The notes under the pieces were generated by a model. That model saw only the letters and a list, made by a program, of their open reading frames with translations, was not told the origin of the DNA and searched no databases. A DNA stretch of 61,954 bases, counting the filler. It is 5 parts of 5 records of this genome, joined end to end, with 100 filler letters (N's around TTAATTAATTAA, not from the genome) between each part and the next. Parts side by side here need not be neighbours in the genome. Positions count along the whole stretch, not along the records: positions 12,748 to 25,970 come from SRR31156797_1003; positions 26,071 to 36,088 come from SRR31156797_1022; 3 more parts are not named here. The stretch is one strand, 5' to 3'. Of this stretch, positions 19,330 to 28,867 are shown piece by piece. How positions within the stretch are numbered: position 1 is the first letter of the stretch; each line of letters opens with the position of its first letter. The translations under genes were made by a program, and so were the position numbers.

Positions 19330-20229
19330 TTATAAACAGTCAGAATATTTTTCTAAAACCTTATCAATATTATATCTATCTTCTCTGGAGACAGGCTGAG
19401 ATGGCGGCAAGCAGTATTCATTCATTATTCCTAATCTGGCACAAGCATATTTAAATGCAGACAGCCAACATGTACCATTAATATTCGTTATCCCATGAAG
19501 TTCTGCAATATCTCTTGCCCTTTGATTTACTGTATTAATATCTTCTCTCTTTACCGCATTATACAGCTCGACAAAAATTGCGGGAAATAAATTAGCTGCT
19601 CCTGAAATATTGCCATCGGCTCCTGCAATCAATCCTGGACCTACAAGGTATTCTCCTCCGCAAAGCATATTTACATTGTCATTCTCTACTGCTATCAGAT
19701 TTTTCAAATGCCCTTCATAATCAGATCTAGTATCTTTAATTGCTACTATTTTGTCCATCTGTGCTAATGTATGAAATGTGTTCGGCTCAATATTTGGCAT
19801 AGACCCAGAATTGCCATATACCAACCATTCAGCATCTGTATTATTTGTAATGGCATAATAGTGCTCTATTATTTCGTCCTGTGAGACACAAGGTGGTGGA
19901 CAAGCTACAGTTGTACTTAAGAAATCTATACCCATATCTATCAGCTTATTTGCCGTTTCAATAGTTTTTTCAGTCCCTGTTTCCAATACACCGTAGCAAA
20001 CTTTTGCCCTATCATTTACAATTTTCTCAGTGTTCTTAGCAAGCAGTGAAAGTGTATCAAATGGCAATGCAGCCCCCTCGCCTGTATATCCAGCTACAAA
20101 CAAACCATGCACTCCCGCTCCCAATAGATATTCAATTAGCTTTTCCAGGCTATTGATATCTAATGAAAAATCCTCATTCAATGGGGTAATAACAGCTGGT
20201 ATTATTCCATAGTAATTACTATTTTTCAT
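19330..20229 (-). CDS. DHDPS/NAL-family class I aldolase
   Basis: GIIPAVITP, GYTGEG, Schiff-base AIKDT and GADGNISGAANLFP motifs. Confidence 0.88.
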   Translation of the reverse strand: MKNSNYYGIIPAVITPLNEDFSLDINSLEKLIEYLLGAGVHGLFVAGYTGEGAALPFDTLSLLAKNTEKIVNDRAKVCYGVLETGTEKTIETANKLIDMGIDFLSTTVACPPPCVSQDEIIEHYYAITNNTDAEWLVYGNSGSMPNIEPNTFHTLAQMDKIVAIKDTRSDYEGHLKNLIAVENDNVNMLCGGEYLVGPGLIAGADGNISGAANLFPAIFVELYNAVKREDINTVNQRARDIAELHGITNINGTCWLSAFKYACARLGIMNEYCLPPSQPVSREDRYNIDKVLEKYSDCL

Positions 20230-21027
20230 CTATAACCTCTCATTAATGCTGTCTAAACAATGTTTAATTCTGCTCTTTTTCTCATCAGATAATTTCTTAT
20301 ATGGTTTGAATAATTTCTCATTATCACAGTACCCCAATACTTTAGCAGAATATTTTAATGCTGCAGAAGGGTGATTCGATATATTTATCATCTCCATCAT
20401 CTCATCTATCAAATCATGTTCTGCATTCGGAAACAAAAAAGCTGCACGAGAAGAAATCTCTTCAGATTTTATATTTTTATTAACTGATAGATTATTCCTC
20501 ACATTAATGCTGCATTTCATACCAGTATCTGAAAATATTATCCCTTTTATTCCTGTTCTGATTTTTAATTCTTCTGTATAGTTACTGGGAATACTGTATT
20601 TTGTCAAATCCGGGAAATCATATGCATAGATTTTTTCATTTGTTTCTTCCACAGCTAAAGAATAATGCCTAAAAATTTCATCAATATTACTAACCCCAAA
20701 ATAATAGTGTAATGGCAGAGCATACTCAAAATCACCTTTTTGTGAAAACTCTTTTATTTTATTTATTGCTTTTAGAGTAGATGCCTCAAGCACAGAGACA
20801 ATAATTGTGGTTTCGCTGGAGTATTCAGCAAAAATATCCAGCATGCTATTTTGATGAATTGTATTTATTCCTGTGTACTCACCAGCAGCACCCATTATTA
20901 ATATCTTTCTTCTGCCTTTATTAATAATCCTTTCGATATTTCTTTTTACAGCAGCTGAATCTATTCTATTTTTATCATCCAAAAATGATGGAAACTCAAT
21001 AACTGAATCCTTTAAAATACTTTGCAT
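20230..21027 (-). CDS. Degenerate DHDPS-family protein lacking the catalytic lysine
   Basis: GAAGEY, HYYF, YAYDFP and ALKY motifs align with its neighbour, but IVAIKDT is replaced by IKGIIFS. Confidence 0.7.
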   Translation of the reverse strand: MQSILKDSVIEFPSFLDDKNRIDSAAVKRNIERIINKGRRKILIMGAAGEYTGINTIHQNSMLDIFAEYSSETTIIVSVLEASTLKAINKIKEFSQKGDFEYALPLHYYFGVSNIDEIFRHYSLAVEETNEKIYAYDFPDLTKYSIPSNYTEELKIRTGIKGIIFSDTGMKCSINVRNNLSVNKNIKSEEISSRAAFLFPNAEHDLIDEMMEMINISNHPSAALKYSAKVLGYCDNEKLFKPYKKLSDEKKSRIKHCLDSINERL

Positions 21028-21032
21028 AGCGA

Positions 21033-21815
21033 TCAAATTAACCCTTTAATATTTTTTACAATGCTTTTCACTGAATCGCTTAGTATCCTAGTATCCTGTG
21101 CAATAAAGTTCCATTGACATCCATAGTCCATAAGTTTTGCAACGCTTTCTTTATTTGGTGATGTGCATGAGCCAAGGTAAACTCCCGCTTCTTTACACTT
21201 CTTACCTATTTCTTTTGTGATGCGTACTACTTCATCTGCCTTCTCTGGCTTGGCGACGTCTATCATTGACATTTTTAAATCTGCAGGACCAATAAACAAA
21301 GATTGATAACCTTTTACTTTTAATATTTCATCTATGTTCTCTACACCTTCCATAGATTCTATCTGTAGTATACGCCATGTTTCATTCATACTGTTTGAGA
21401 TATATTCATCTTCATCATCAATCCCGTACTTAATAGCTCTAATCGGACCTATACCTCTTTTACCTCCATCTGCTGGATATGTGCATGCTTCTACAGCCTG
21501 TCTTGCTAGTTCATAAGTATTTATAAAGGGAAAAATAATTCCGTCAGGGCCTACATCTAGTACATGTTTAACTTGAAAATAATCTACACCAGGAACTCTA
21601 ACAAATGCACATGCTCCTGCTCCCTGTGCAGCCATAACATGTTGATATATTTCTTTTTTGTCCAGCATACCATGCTCTGCATCTATCCACACAAAGTCGA
21701 ATCCGCCATATGCCGCTATTTCACTTGATACTGAATCACCAAGCATTACAAAATAACCTATTACTGGTTTGCCAGCAGCAATTCTTTCCTGTAGTTGTAC
21801 TATCCTATTATTCAT
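21033..21815 (-). CDS. HpcH/HpaI class II aldolase
   Basis: GFDFVWIDAEHG, LDVGPDGIIFP, QIES..GVENIDEI and FIGPADL motifs; GGAGG RBS before ATG 21815. Confidence 0.9.
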   Translation of the reverse strand: MNNRIVQLQERIAAGKPVIGYFVMLGDSVSSEIAAYGGFDFVWIDAEHGMLDKKEIYQHVMAAQGAGACAFVRVPGVDYFQVKHVLDVGPDGIIFPFINTYELARQAVEACTYPADGGKRGIGPIRAIKYGIDDEDEYISNSMNETWRILQIESMEGVENIDEILKVKGYQSLFIGPADLKMSMIDVAKPEKADEVVRITKEIGKKCKEAGVYLGSCTSPNKESVAKLMDYGCQWNFIAQDTRILSDSVKSIVKNIKGLI

Positions 21816-21846
21816 ACATTCCTCCATAATCATTTAATATTTATTT

Positions 21847-23637
21847 CTAACTTTTATATTTGGTTTTCGGTATTCTAAGGGTTACTTTTGTACCTTTTCC
21901 TATTTTACTCTCATAAAACAATTTAGATCTTTCTCCGTAATGCAATGTAAGTCTTTCGTTGATGTTGTGAATCCCATATCCTTTAGAGCGTTTCTCATTT
22001 ATTATGGAGGCTACTTCATCCTCCTCCATGCCAATTCCATCATCTTCTACACTAAACACAATTTCATCTTCATCAAGTAATCCTTTAATTACTACATGTC
22101 CCTCACCTGTCATCTGCTCACGTAATCCATGCTGTATACTATTCTCTACAAGTGGTTGAAAAACTATCTTTACTATTGAACATTCGCGTATTTCCTGCGG
22201 AACATCTATTATCATTTTAATTTTATTATTAAATCTAATATTCTGAATATCGACATAGGCTTCCACTTGCATTAACTCATGTTCTACAGTTATCATTTCA
22301 TCGCCACTGCTTAAACTCAGTTTATAAAACTGAGATAGCCTTTTTACTACTTTATCTATATCATCAGCATCTGATTTAATCGCCATCCAGTGGAGCATTT
22401 CTAAAGTATTATATAGAAAATGCGGATTAATCTGTTCCTGCAAAATCTGCATTTCAGCGTTTTTTAATGATTGCCCCATTTTATATTTTTCATCAATGAG
22501 AGCTACTGTCTGTTCAAGCATTACATTAAAGTTTTGCGATATCTGTCCCACTTCATCCTCTGCTCCTGGATCAACATGAATACTATAGTCACCGTCCATT
22601 GCAGCGATAATGCTATTATTCAGTTTTCGCAATCTGCTTGTCATAGATCTAGCAATAAAGAAAAATGAAGGTATGAGAATTATTATAATTAATATGATCA
22701 ATAATATAATCAGTCTATTAGTGCTTCTGGTAATTGCTAAAATATCGCTATATGGTACTAAAAACAATATCCTCCAGTCTGTATTTGTAACATATTGCAT
22801 CCCAGCCAAGTAGTTTTCATCTTGCAAACTTATACGAAATAAAGTATCTGTAGTTTCACTTACAAGCAAATATCCAGTAGCTATTTCTATGCTTTCTTTA
22901 TCTAATATCAGCTCACTGCCAGCAACAATAATATTGTTATTTTCATCTAGCAGTAATATCCTTGTATTTTCTGTGACAACAGCACTAGATAGTATAGACT
23001 CTAATATGCTTACGGGTACATCTGCCTGCATTAAGCCAATATTTTTATTTAAATATTTTTCGCTTGGTATTTTACTGATAAAATATACATATCTATCCGA
23101 ATAATGTTCATTATTCAAATCTGTAGGGGTAACCCATATATAATTTTCATCCCCTTGATACCATTTCTCATATTTATATAGAGAACTTTCTATCAAAGAT
23201 GATTTTATACCCGTATTGTATTTTTTTATCACACTCTCCTCTAGGTACAAGAATATATGTGTTATATATTCATTTAGGTAACTCTTAAAAATTATTTCAT
23301 TTGATCCGTATTCATAATATACCCAATTCCCTTTTGTAATACCAGATGAAACATCATCTAATATACTGAAATCCTGTATGACAGAATCACTTGCAAGCAT
23401 ATCCATAATGCTTTTAACGGTAGATGTTTTATCACTTAAGTACTCTGCAGTTTGTATGCATATCTTTCCGTAAGAATCGGCTGAGTGCTCTATAGACTGC
23501 TCGCTTACACTCAGTCTATTAGCAATAAGTAGTATAAACAATGGTATTAAGCTTACAAGAAGTAGAATGATAAACACTTTTCTTAATATACCCTTTTGGA
23601 AGTAATACTCAAATTTATGTATCTTCATTTTGTTCAC
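21847..23637 (-). CDS. YesM-type sensor histidine kinase
   Basis: Two TM segments, HAMP, QINPHFLYNTLE, QPLVENSIQHG and DDGIGM. Confidence 0.93.
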   Translation of the reverse strand: MNKMKIHKFEYYFQKGILRKVFIILLLVSLIPLFILLIANRLSVSEQSIEHSADSYGKICIQTAEYLSDKTSTVKSIMDMLASDSVIQDFSILDDVSSGITKGNWVYYEYGSNEIIFKSYLNEYITHIFLYLEESVIKKYNTGIKSSLIESSLYKYEKWYQGDENYIWVTPTDLNNEHYSDRYVYFISKIPSEKYLNKNIGLMQADVPVSILESILSSAVVTENTRILLLDENNNIIVAGSELILDKESIEIATGYLLVSETTDTLFRISLQDENYLAGMQYVTNTDWRILFLVPYSDILAITRSTNRLIILLIILIIIILIPSFFFIARSMTSRLRKLNNSIIAAMDGDYSIHVDPGAEDEVGQISQNFNVMLEQTVALIDEKYKMGQSLKNAEMQILQEQINPHFLYNTLEMLHWMAIKSDADDIDKVVKRLSQFYKLSLSSGDEMITVEHELMQVEAYVDIQNIRFNNKIKMIIDVPQEIRECSIVKIVFQPLVENSIQHGLREQMTGEGHVVIKGLLDEDEIVFSVEDDGIGMEEDEVASIINEKRSKGYGIHNINERLTLHYGERSKLFYESKIGKGTKVTLRIPKTKYKS

Positions 23638-25246
23638 CTATATGCTCTTTTGTTGAATATACCTTCTCTGCTCGAAACTTTGTAGGTGATATCCCAGTCT
23701 GTTTTTTAAAAACTGTACTGAAATATGTAGGGTCTGTAAAGCCTACCTTCTGAGATACTTCATATAGTTTATAGTCCTGCTGCAACAAATGCATTGCACA
23801 TTCCACTCTTATTTCAATTATAGTTTTGTGTATTGATTTACCTGTTTCAGTTTTGTACATTGAATTCAAATAATTTTTAGAAAGTCCTAAGCTCTCAGAA
23901 ATAGAGCTAATTGATAACATTGGGTTATCAATATTATCCCAAATATACTGAACTACCGCAGATGATTTAGACGATACACCGGAGGGTATTATTGTCTTTG
24001 GATACATGTCCTCAATTCTATTAAGTAAAAACTCACTAATTTGCCTTAATGATTTCAAATTAGAAAACGCAGAAAGTATATGTCCCTTATTTTCCGAATA
24101 AAATTTTGATATAATATCACTCTCCATGCATACTCGCAATAATTTATTGTAATATTCCCTAACACTTTTAACACTACCATTATTTTTTTCTGCTAGCTTT
24201 TGGGTTTGCTTCATTATTATCCGCTTAGCCTGAAATACATTTAATCTGTTTAAATTCTGCTGCAAGGAACTGCTTAAATCATCAAATTCCATATCTGAAT
24301 TTAGATTTCCTGTTAGTACTATTTTATTCTCACTTTCAATAAAAGACATCCACATTACAGTATTGTAAGTTTCTTTCAGTGCTTCTGATATACTACCAAT
24401 TCCATTTGTTTTTTCGCTTACAGTTATTCTAACAGAAAACAAATATCGCAACCTACTGGGCAAAAGCATAATAAATTTTTCTAGCTCTGGCTTGATTGAT
24501 ATCCAGTTTGTATCTGATGTTGGAACAACGGCAAAAATAAATTCATTTGAATATATCCCACAAAGTATCTTCTCATCATCTTCATTTTTATATATTTTTT
24601 TAGAAAGCTCTTTTTCTATCAAACCAATCAGCTGTTGTACAATTACGTCTTTGTATTGATTATCTAAATCTTCTTTCCACTCTAAACTAAACACGTACAC
24701 TCTGTAATCATTATTACTTGGCCAACCTGTAAATGAACCTTTGATATTCGTTTTAAGTGAATCAACCGAATCCTGTGAGCATAATAGTGATTTGATTATT
24801 TTATTCCTGTAATAAATATCAGCAATGCCGGATAAAATCTCTTTTTCACTCTTTTCCTTAAATCTTTTTTTATATAGTTTTATGGATCGTTCTAAAGCCT
24901 GCATAAGCTCGCCTATATCTATTGGTTTTTCTATATAACTATCCGCTTTAAGTTCAACTGCCGTTTTTAAATATTCTTTGTCTGCATATCCGCTTATAAA
25001 AATAATGCGCAAATCCTCATTCTTTTTTAGCAGTGCAGATGCCAACTCCAGCCCATCCATTCTAGGCATCCTGATATCACACAGCATTATGTCAGGTATA
25101 AAGTTTTCAGCCATTTCAAGAGCTGCATAGCCATCTTGTGCTGTCACAATAGACGTAAACTCATTACCCATTTGAGAGATGCACCTTAATAAACCATCTC
25201 GTGTTCCTGTTTCGTCATCTACGATTAGCAATTTTATGCCTGGCAT
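23615..25246 (-). CDS. YesN-type response regulator (REC + AraC HTH)
   Basis: LIVDDE, DIRMPRMDG and C-terminal VGFTDPTYFSTVFKKQTGISP. Confidence 0.93.
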   Translation of the reverse strand: MPGIKLLIVDDETGTRDGLLRCISQMGNEFTSIVTAQDGYAALEMAENFIPDIMLCDIRMPRMDGLELASALLKKNEDLRIIFISGYADKEYLKTAVELKADSYIEKPIDIGELMQALERSIKLYKKRFKEKSEKEILSGIADIYYRNKIIKSLLCSQDSVDSLKTNIKGSFTGWPSNNDYRVYVFSLEWKEDLDNQYKDVIVQQLIGLIEKELSKKIYKNEDDEKILCGIYSNEFIFAVVPTSDTNWISIKPELEKFIMLLPSRLRYLFSVRITVSEKTNGIGSISEALKETYNTVMWMSFIESENKIVLTGNLNSDMEFDDLSSSLQQNLNRLNVFQAKRIIMKQTQKLAEKNNGSVKSVREYYNKLLRVCMESDIISKFYSENKGHILSAFSNLKSLRQISEFLLNRIEDMYPKTIIPSGVSSKSSAVVQYIWDNIDNPMLSISSISESLGLSKNYLNSMYKTETGKSIHKTIIEIRVECAMHLLQQDYKLYEVSQKVGFTDPTYFSTVFKKQTGISPTKFRAEKVYSTKEHIGEQNEDT

Positions 25247-25509
25247 TTGAAGTCACCTTTTTCCTTTTTATAATCAACGAATTGAATCAATAATGAAATT
25301 GGCTTGTATGTACAAGTATATCAACCTGCATTTGCAGTGTAAATAATATAGTAAAAATTCAAATAAAATCGTTCATTTTTCAATAATCATTAACTTTTTC
25401 ACATTTTCGTCTACAAATATTCTATCATATTGTTTACAACGTTTAAATTTTATTCTTCATGAAAACCATTATTTACTAAGTTCTTCTTGATGAGCACTTT
25501 CGCGTTTAC

Positions 25510-25812
25510 CCTGCGACGATGATACAGAGCGCACGCAAATGCTTACCACTACAACATGGATGGATATGAAATTAGAAGCACTTTAGAGAATAATCAGAGC
25601 AAGATTAAACATTGAGATATGACATTTAGTAATCTCAAAAGCAGCGCTAATCTTACTCATTGCTTCGTTCATGACAGAAATGCTATAGAAGCAATATTAT
25701 ATTTACTTTTCATTGCATCAAATAATTCAATTATTCAAAAACAGAAGATTAAGAAATCATATTAATAGCCAAAAGGAACTAGCGAGATTATTAGTTAAAG
25801 GTATGTATAAAT
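25510..25812 (+). pseudogene. Degraded DDE (IS4-like) transposase 3' fragment
   Basis: L*RIIRARLNIE, frameshift, then TFSNLKSSANLTHCFVHDRNAIEAILYLLFIASN..RRLRN..QKELARLLVKG; resembles the RW.IE..F..LK motif, with a stop at 25584. Confidence 0.55.
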
Positions 25813-25970
25813 GGTTCTGGTGGAAAAATTCGCTAGCTTCACTTTAGCAAGCAAAATATGATATAATTTAGAAAATCAATTAGGAGAATTATATCATATG
25901 AAGAATAATCTATTCAAATGGAAACATTTCAACAAGGATGTAATACTCGTATGTGTTCGTTGGTATTTAA
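25813..25970 (+). mobile_element. IS6-family (IS240-like) element, left end and transposase start, cut by the contig end
   Basis: Terminal GGTTCTGGTGGAAAAA; AGGAG RBS then ATG 25898 MKNNLFKWKHFNKDVILVCVRWYL. Confidence 0.88.
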
Positions 25971-26070
25971 NNNNNNNNNNNNNNNNNNNNNNNNNNNNNN
26001 NNNNNNNNNNNNNNTTAATTAATTAANNNNNNNNNNNNNNNNNNNNNNNNNNNNNNNNNNNNNNNNNNNN
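25971..26070. other. Artificial contig linker
   Basis: 44 N + TTAATTAATTAA + 44 N. Confidence 0.98.
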
Positions 26071-26126
26071 CCAATTATTTTTTTAAGTCAGAACGTTTCA
26101 GAGTATTTCTTAAAGTTAAAATGAAT

Positions 26127-26648
26127 CTAATAATTTAAGTCATCCGGTACGTATTTCTCCAGTCCGTTTCTACATGCTGGACATTTTTGCTGTGATTTTT
26201 TTGCTGTGATTTTATATCCGCATACACAACACTTCCATGTTACTTTATGCTCTCTTTCGTATACTTTTCCATCTTGTAATAAGTCGAGCATTTTCTTAAA
26301 TTTTGCATTATGATTTTTCTCGATTTTGGCAATTTGTTGAAAAACTCTGGCAGCGTCAAGATTTCCTTCATTTAAGGCAGTTTGAGATAATTCGGGATAC
26401 ATTAAGTCAGCTTCATATTTTTCTGATTGGATAGCATCTCTTAGGTTATTGATGGTATTATTAAATCCGTGCACTGTTAAGAACATCTCTCTTGCATGAC
26501 TCTCTTCATTTCTAGCAGCTTCCTCAAAAATAGTAGCATAGTATTCGAGTCCTTCACTTCGTGCAATTTCGGCATAAAATTTATACTTTATACTTGTTTG
26601 CGCTTCATTTGCAAAAGCTTTTAATAAATTTTCTTTTGTCTTATTCAT
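26127..26648 (-). CDS. rbr: Rubrerythrin
   Basis: TKENLLKAFANE, ExxH pairs (NEESH, IEKNH) and C-terminal CCVCGY..CPAC rubredoxin-like site. Confidence 0.88.
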   Translation of the reverse strand: MNKTKENLLKAFANEAQTSIKYKFYAEIARSEGLEYYATIFEEAARNEESHAREMFLTVHGFNNTINNLRDAIQSEKYEADLMYPELSQTALNEGNLDAARVFQQIAKIEKNHNAKFKKMLDLLQDGKVYEREHKVTWKCCVCGYKITAKKSQQKCPACRNGLEKYVPDDLNY

Positions 26649-27156
26649 AACTCACCTCCAAATTATATATATATTAAATTTACTGACATTTATACGATAT
26701 CCTTTATAAAATTTAATTAATTTATTAGCAAAATGAAGAATGAATTATATATAAAATTTAATTAAATTATTGATATAAATTGGAAAATTAATTATGTATT
26801 AATTAACAACGAATCGAATAGAGATGGAACAATGTACATAAAATTTTTCACGAAAATATTGAGAAAAAATTATCAATAAAATAAAAATTAATATAAATAA
26901 TATAAAATATAACTGAAAAATAGTATCATAGGATTCAGCCAAAGACGAGCTAGACAATTGTCCTAAAAGACTAGGAAAACTTAGTTTGATCGATAGAGTG
27001 ATCACTACGAACAATGAGCTAAAAATATATTGCATAAATAGTAACAATCAATTATAATTATTGGTACATCTTTAAGATCAGCCTGTAGAAGATAAATGGT
27101 AGAAAAATGTAGGGGTGATTTAGAGATAAGTTAGAAAAACAATTTAGGAGGAAAAG

Positions 27157-28500
27157 ATGGAACAGTTACAGAAGAAGTATGGTTTAGCAACAGCTGTTGC
27201 TATGGTGGTAGGAGTTGTAATTGGTTCCGGTGTATTTTTCAAAGCAGATGACATTTTGAAACTTACAAACGGAAATCTTATTTACGCATTACTTGCGTGG
27301 GGAATCGGAGCATTCTCAATGATATTTGGAGCGCTGACATTTGCAGAATTCGCTCAAAGAATTGAGAAGGCAAATGGAGTTGTAGATTATTCGGAAGAGG
27401 CTTACGGGCATAGATTCGGATATCTTGTAGGATGGTTTAAGTGTTTAATTTATTTTTCACCTTTATCGGCAATATTAGCATGGGTATCATCATTATATAC
27501 AATGATATTATTCAAGAGTAGTGACCCGGTAAACTCAAAAGCAACTTGGATTATGGCAGCAGTTTATTTGATAATAATCTGTGCAGTTAACTGGACGGCA
27601 CCGATGATAGCTGGTAAATTACAAGTAGCAACAACAGTAATTAAACTAATTCCTTTATTTATAGTAGCAATAGTTGGTTCAATCAGTGGACTAATGAATG
27701 GTGTAACAATGACAAACTTTACTGAAGCAGCTGCATCAGTTGGAAGTAACTCTGGTACACTTGCATCAGCAGTAGTAGCAACAGCATTTGCATATGAAGG
27801 CTGGATAATAGCGATTACAATCAATAATGAGATTAAAGATTCTAAAAAGAACTTACCTAAAGCACTTACTTTCGGAACTTTAATAGTATTTATCGTATAT
27901 GTTATCTACTTCATGGGAGTTGCAGGGGTATTACCTACAGCAACTATCGTAGCAGAGGGAGATAATGCAGTTAGAATAGCTACAAGTCAACTATTCGGTA
28001 ATACTGGTTCAGTTATTCTTACAGCATTCGTAGTAGTTTCTTGTCTTGGTACTTTAAATGGTCTTGTACTTGCTAATATGAGAATACCTTACTCATTAGC
28101 AGTTAGAAATCAGGGACCTCTTCCGGAAATTTTAAAAGAGGTAAATGATAAAACGGGAACACCGATTTACTCAGCAATGTTCTCAGCTATCTTAACGGTA
28201 ATTTATTTATTTATCTGGTGGATGAGCTTAAATAACAAGTTAGGAAGATATGTAGCTCTTGATGAAATCCCTATCGTAATGGTATATGGAATTTATGTAT
28301 TACTTTATATTTGGTACATGAGAACATTTACTGATTTAGGATTCTTCAAAAGATTCGTGATTCCTGGATGTGCTATGTTAGGTGCGGCAATTATTTTATA
28401 TGGTGGAATTACAAATCCATCAATAGGAATGTACCTGATTATTTCATTAGCAATATTTGGATGTGGATTATTCTTCTATAGAAAACCTGAAGCAAAATAA
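27157..28500 (+). CDS. APC family amino-acid permease
   Basis: VGVVIGSGVFF and FAYEGW motifs, about 12 TM segments, AGGAGG RBS. Confidence 0.92.
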   Translation: MEQLQKKYGLATAVAMVVGVVIGSGVFFKADDILKLTNGNLIYALLAWGIGAFSMIFGALTFAEFAQRIEKANGVVDYSEEAYGHRFGYLVGWFKCLIYFSPLSAILAWVSSLYTMILFKSSDPVNSKATWIMAAVYLIIICAVNWTAPMIAGKLQVATTVIKLIPLFIVAIVGSISGLMNGVTMTNFTEAAASVGSNSGTLASAVVATAFAYEGWIIAITINNEIKDSKKNLPKALTFGTLIVFIVYVIYFMGVAGVLPTATIVAEGDNAVRIATSQLFGNTGSVILTAFVVVSCLGTLNGLVLANMRIPYSLAVRNQGPLPEILKEVNDKTGTPIYSAMFSAILTVIYLFIWWMSLNNKLGRYVALDEIPIVMVYGIYVLLYIWYMRTFTDLGFFKRFVIPGCAMLGAAIILYGGITNPSIGMYLIISLAIFGCGLFFYRKPEAK

Positions 28501-28511
28501 AAAATATTATA

Positions 28512-28545
28512 TAAATGACGTGTTGTGGAGACACGTCATTTTTTT
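28512..28545 (+). terminator. Intrinsic terminator
   Basis: AAATGACGTGT-TGTGGAG-ACACGTCATTT followed by a T run. Confidence 0.75.
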
Positions 28546-28867
28546 ATTGTCTGAATAAAATGGCTATATCAAACTAAATAAATAAAATAAATAGTTTTAT
28601 TATTATTAAAATCTAATAAATATAATACATTTTTATTAATGAATACAAATTTATCATAAGTAAAATTAAAAAACATGAAATTTTGAACACTTAAAAGTAT
28701 TTACCATAAGATAACTAAAAAAATGTATAATAATTATAGAGTATGTTTTTGAAAAGCTTTAATTTATTAATAAAAATTAGATTTTATAATATAGAAATCA
28801 ATAAGCAAAATAGTGAAGAGATAAGTCTATTTCTAGTTGATAAGATTAAAATGATTTGGAGGTTAGT

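Noticed and set aside
26799..27047. 82-aa hydrophobic minus-strand ORF
   Set aside because: Arises from AT-rich intergenic sequence with no RBS or motif.
26915..27156. Possible riboswitch or T-box upstream of the APC permease
   Set aside because: Only small hairpins. No lysine, glycine, SAM or T-box consensus; a minus-strand GCTGAATCC lacks the rest of the c-di-AMP motif. An Rfam scan would settle it.
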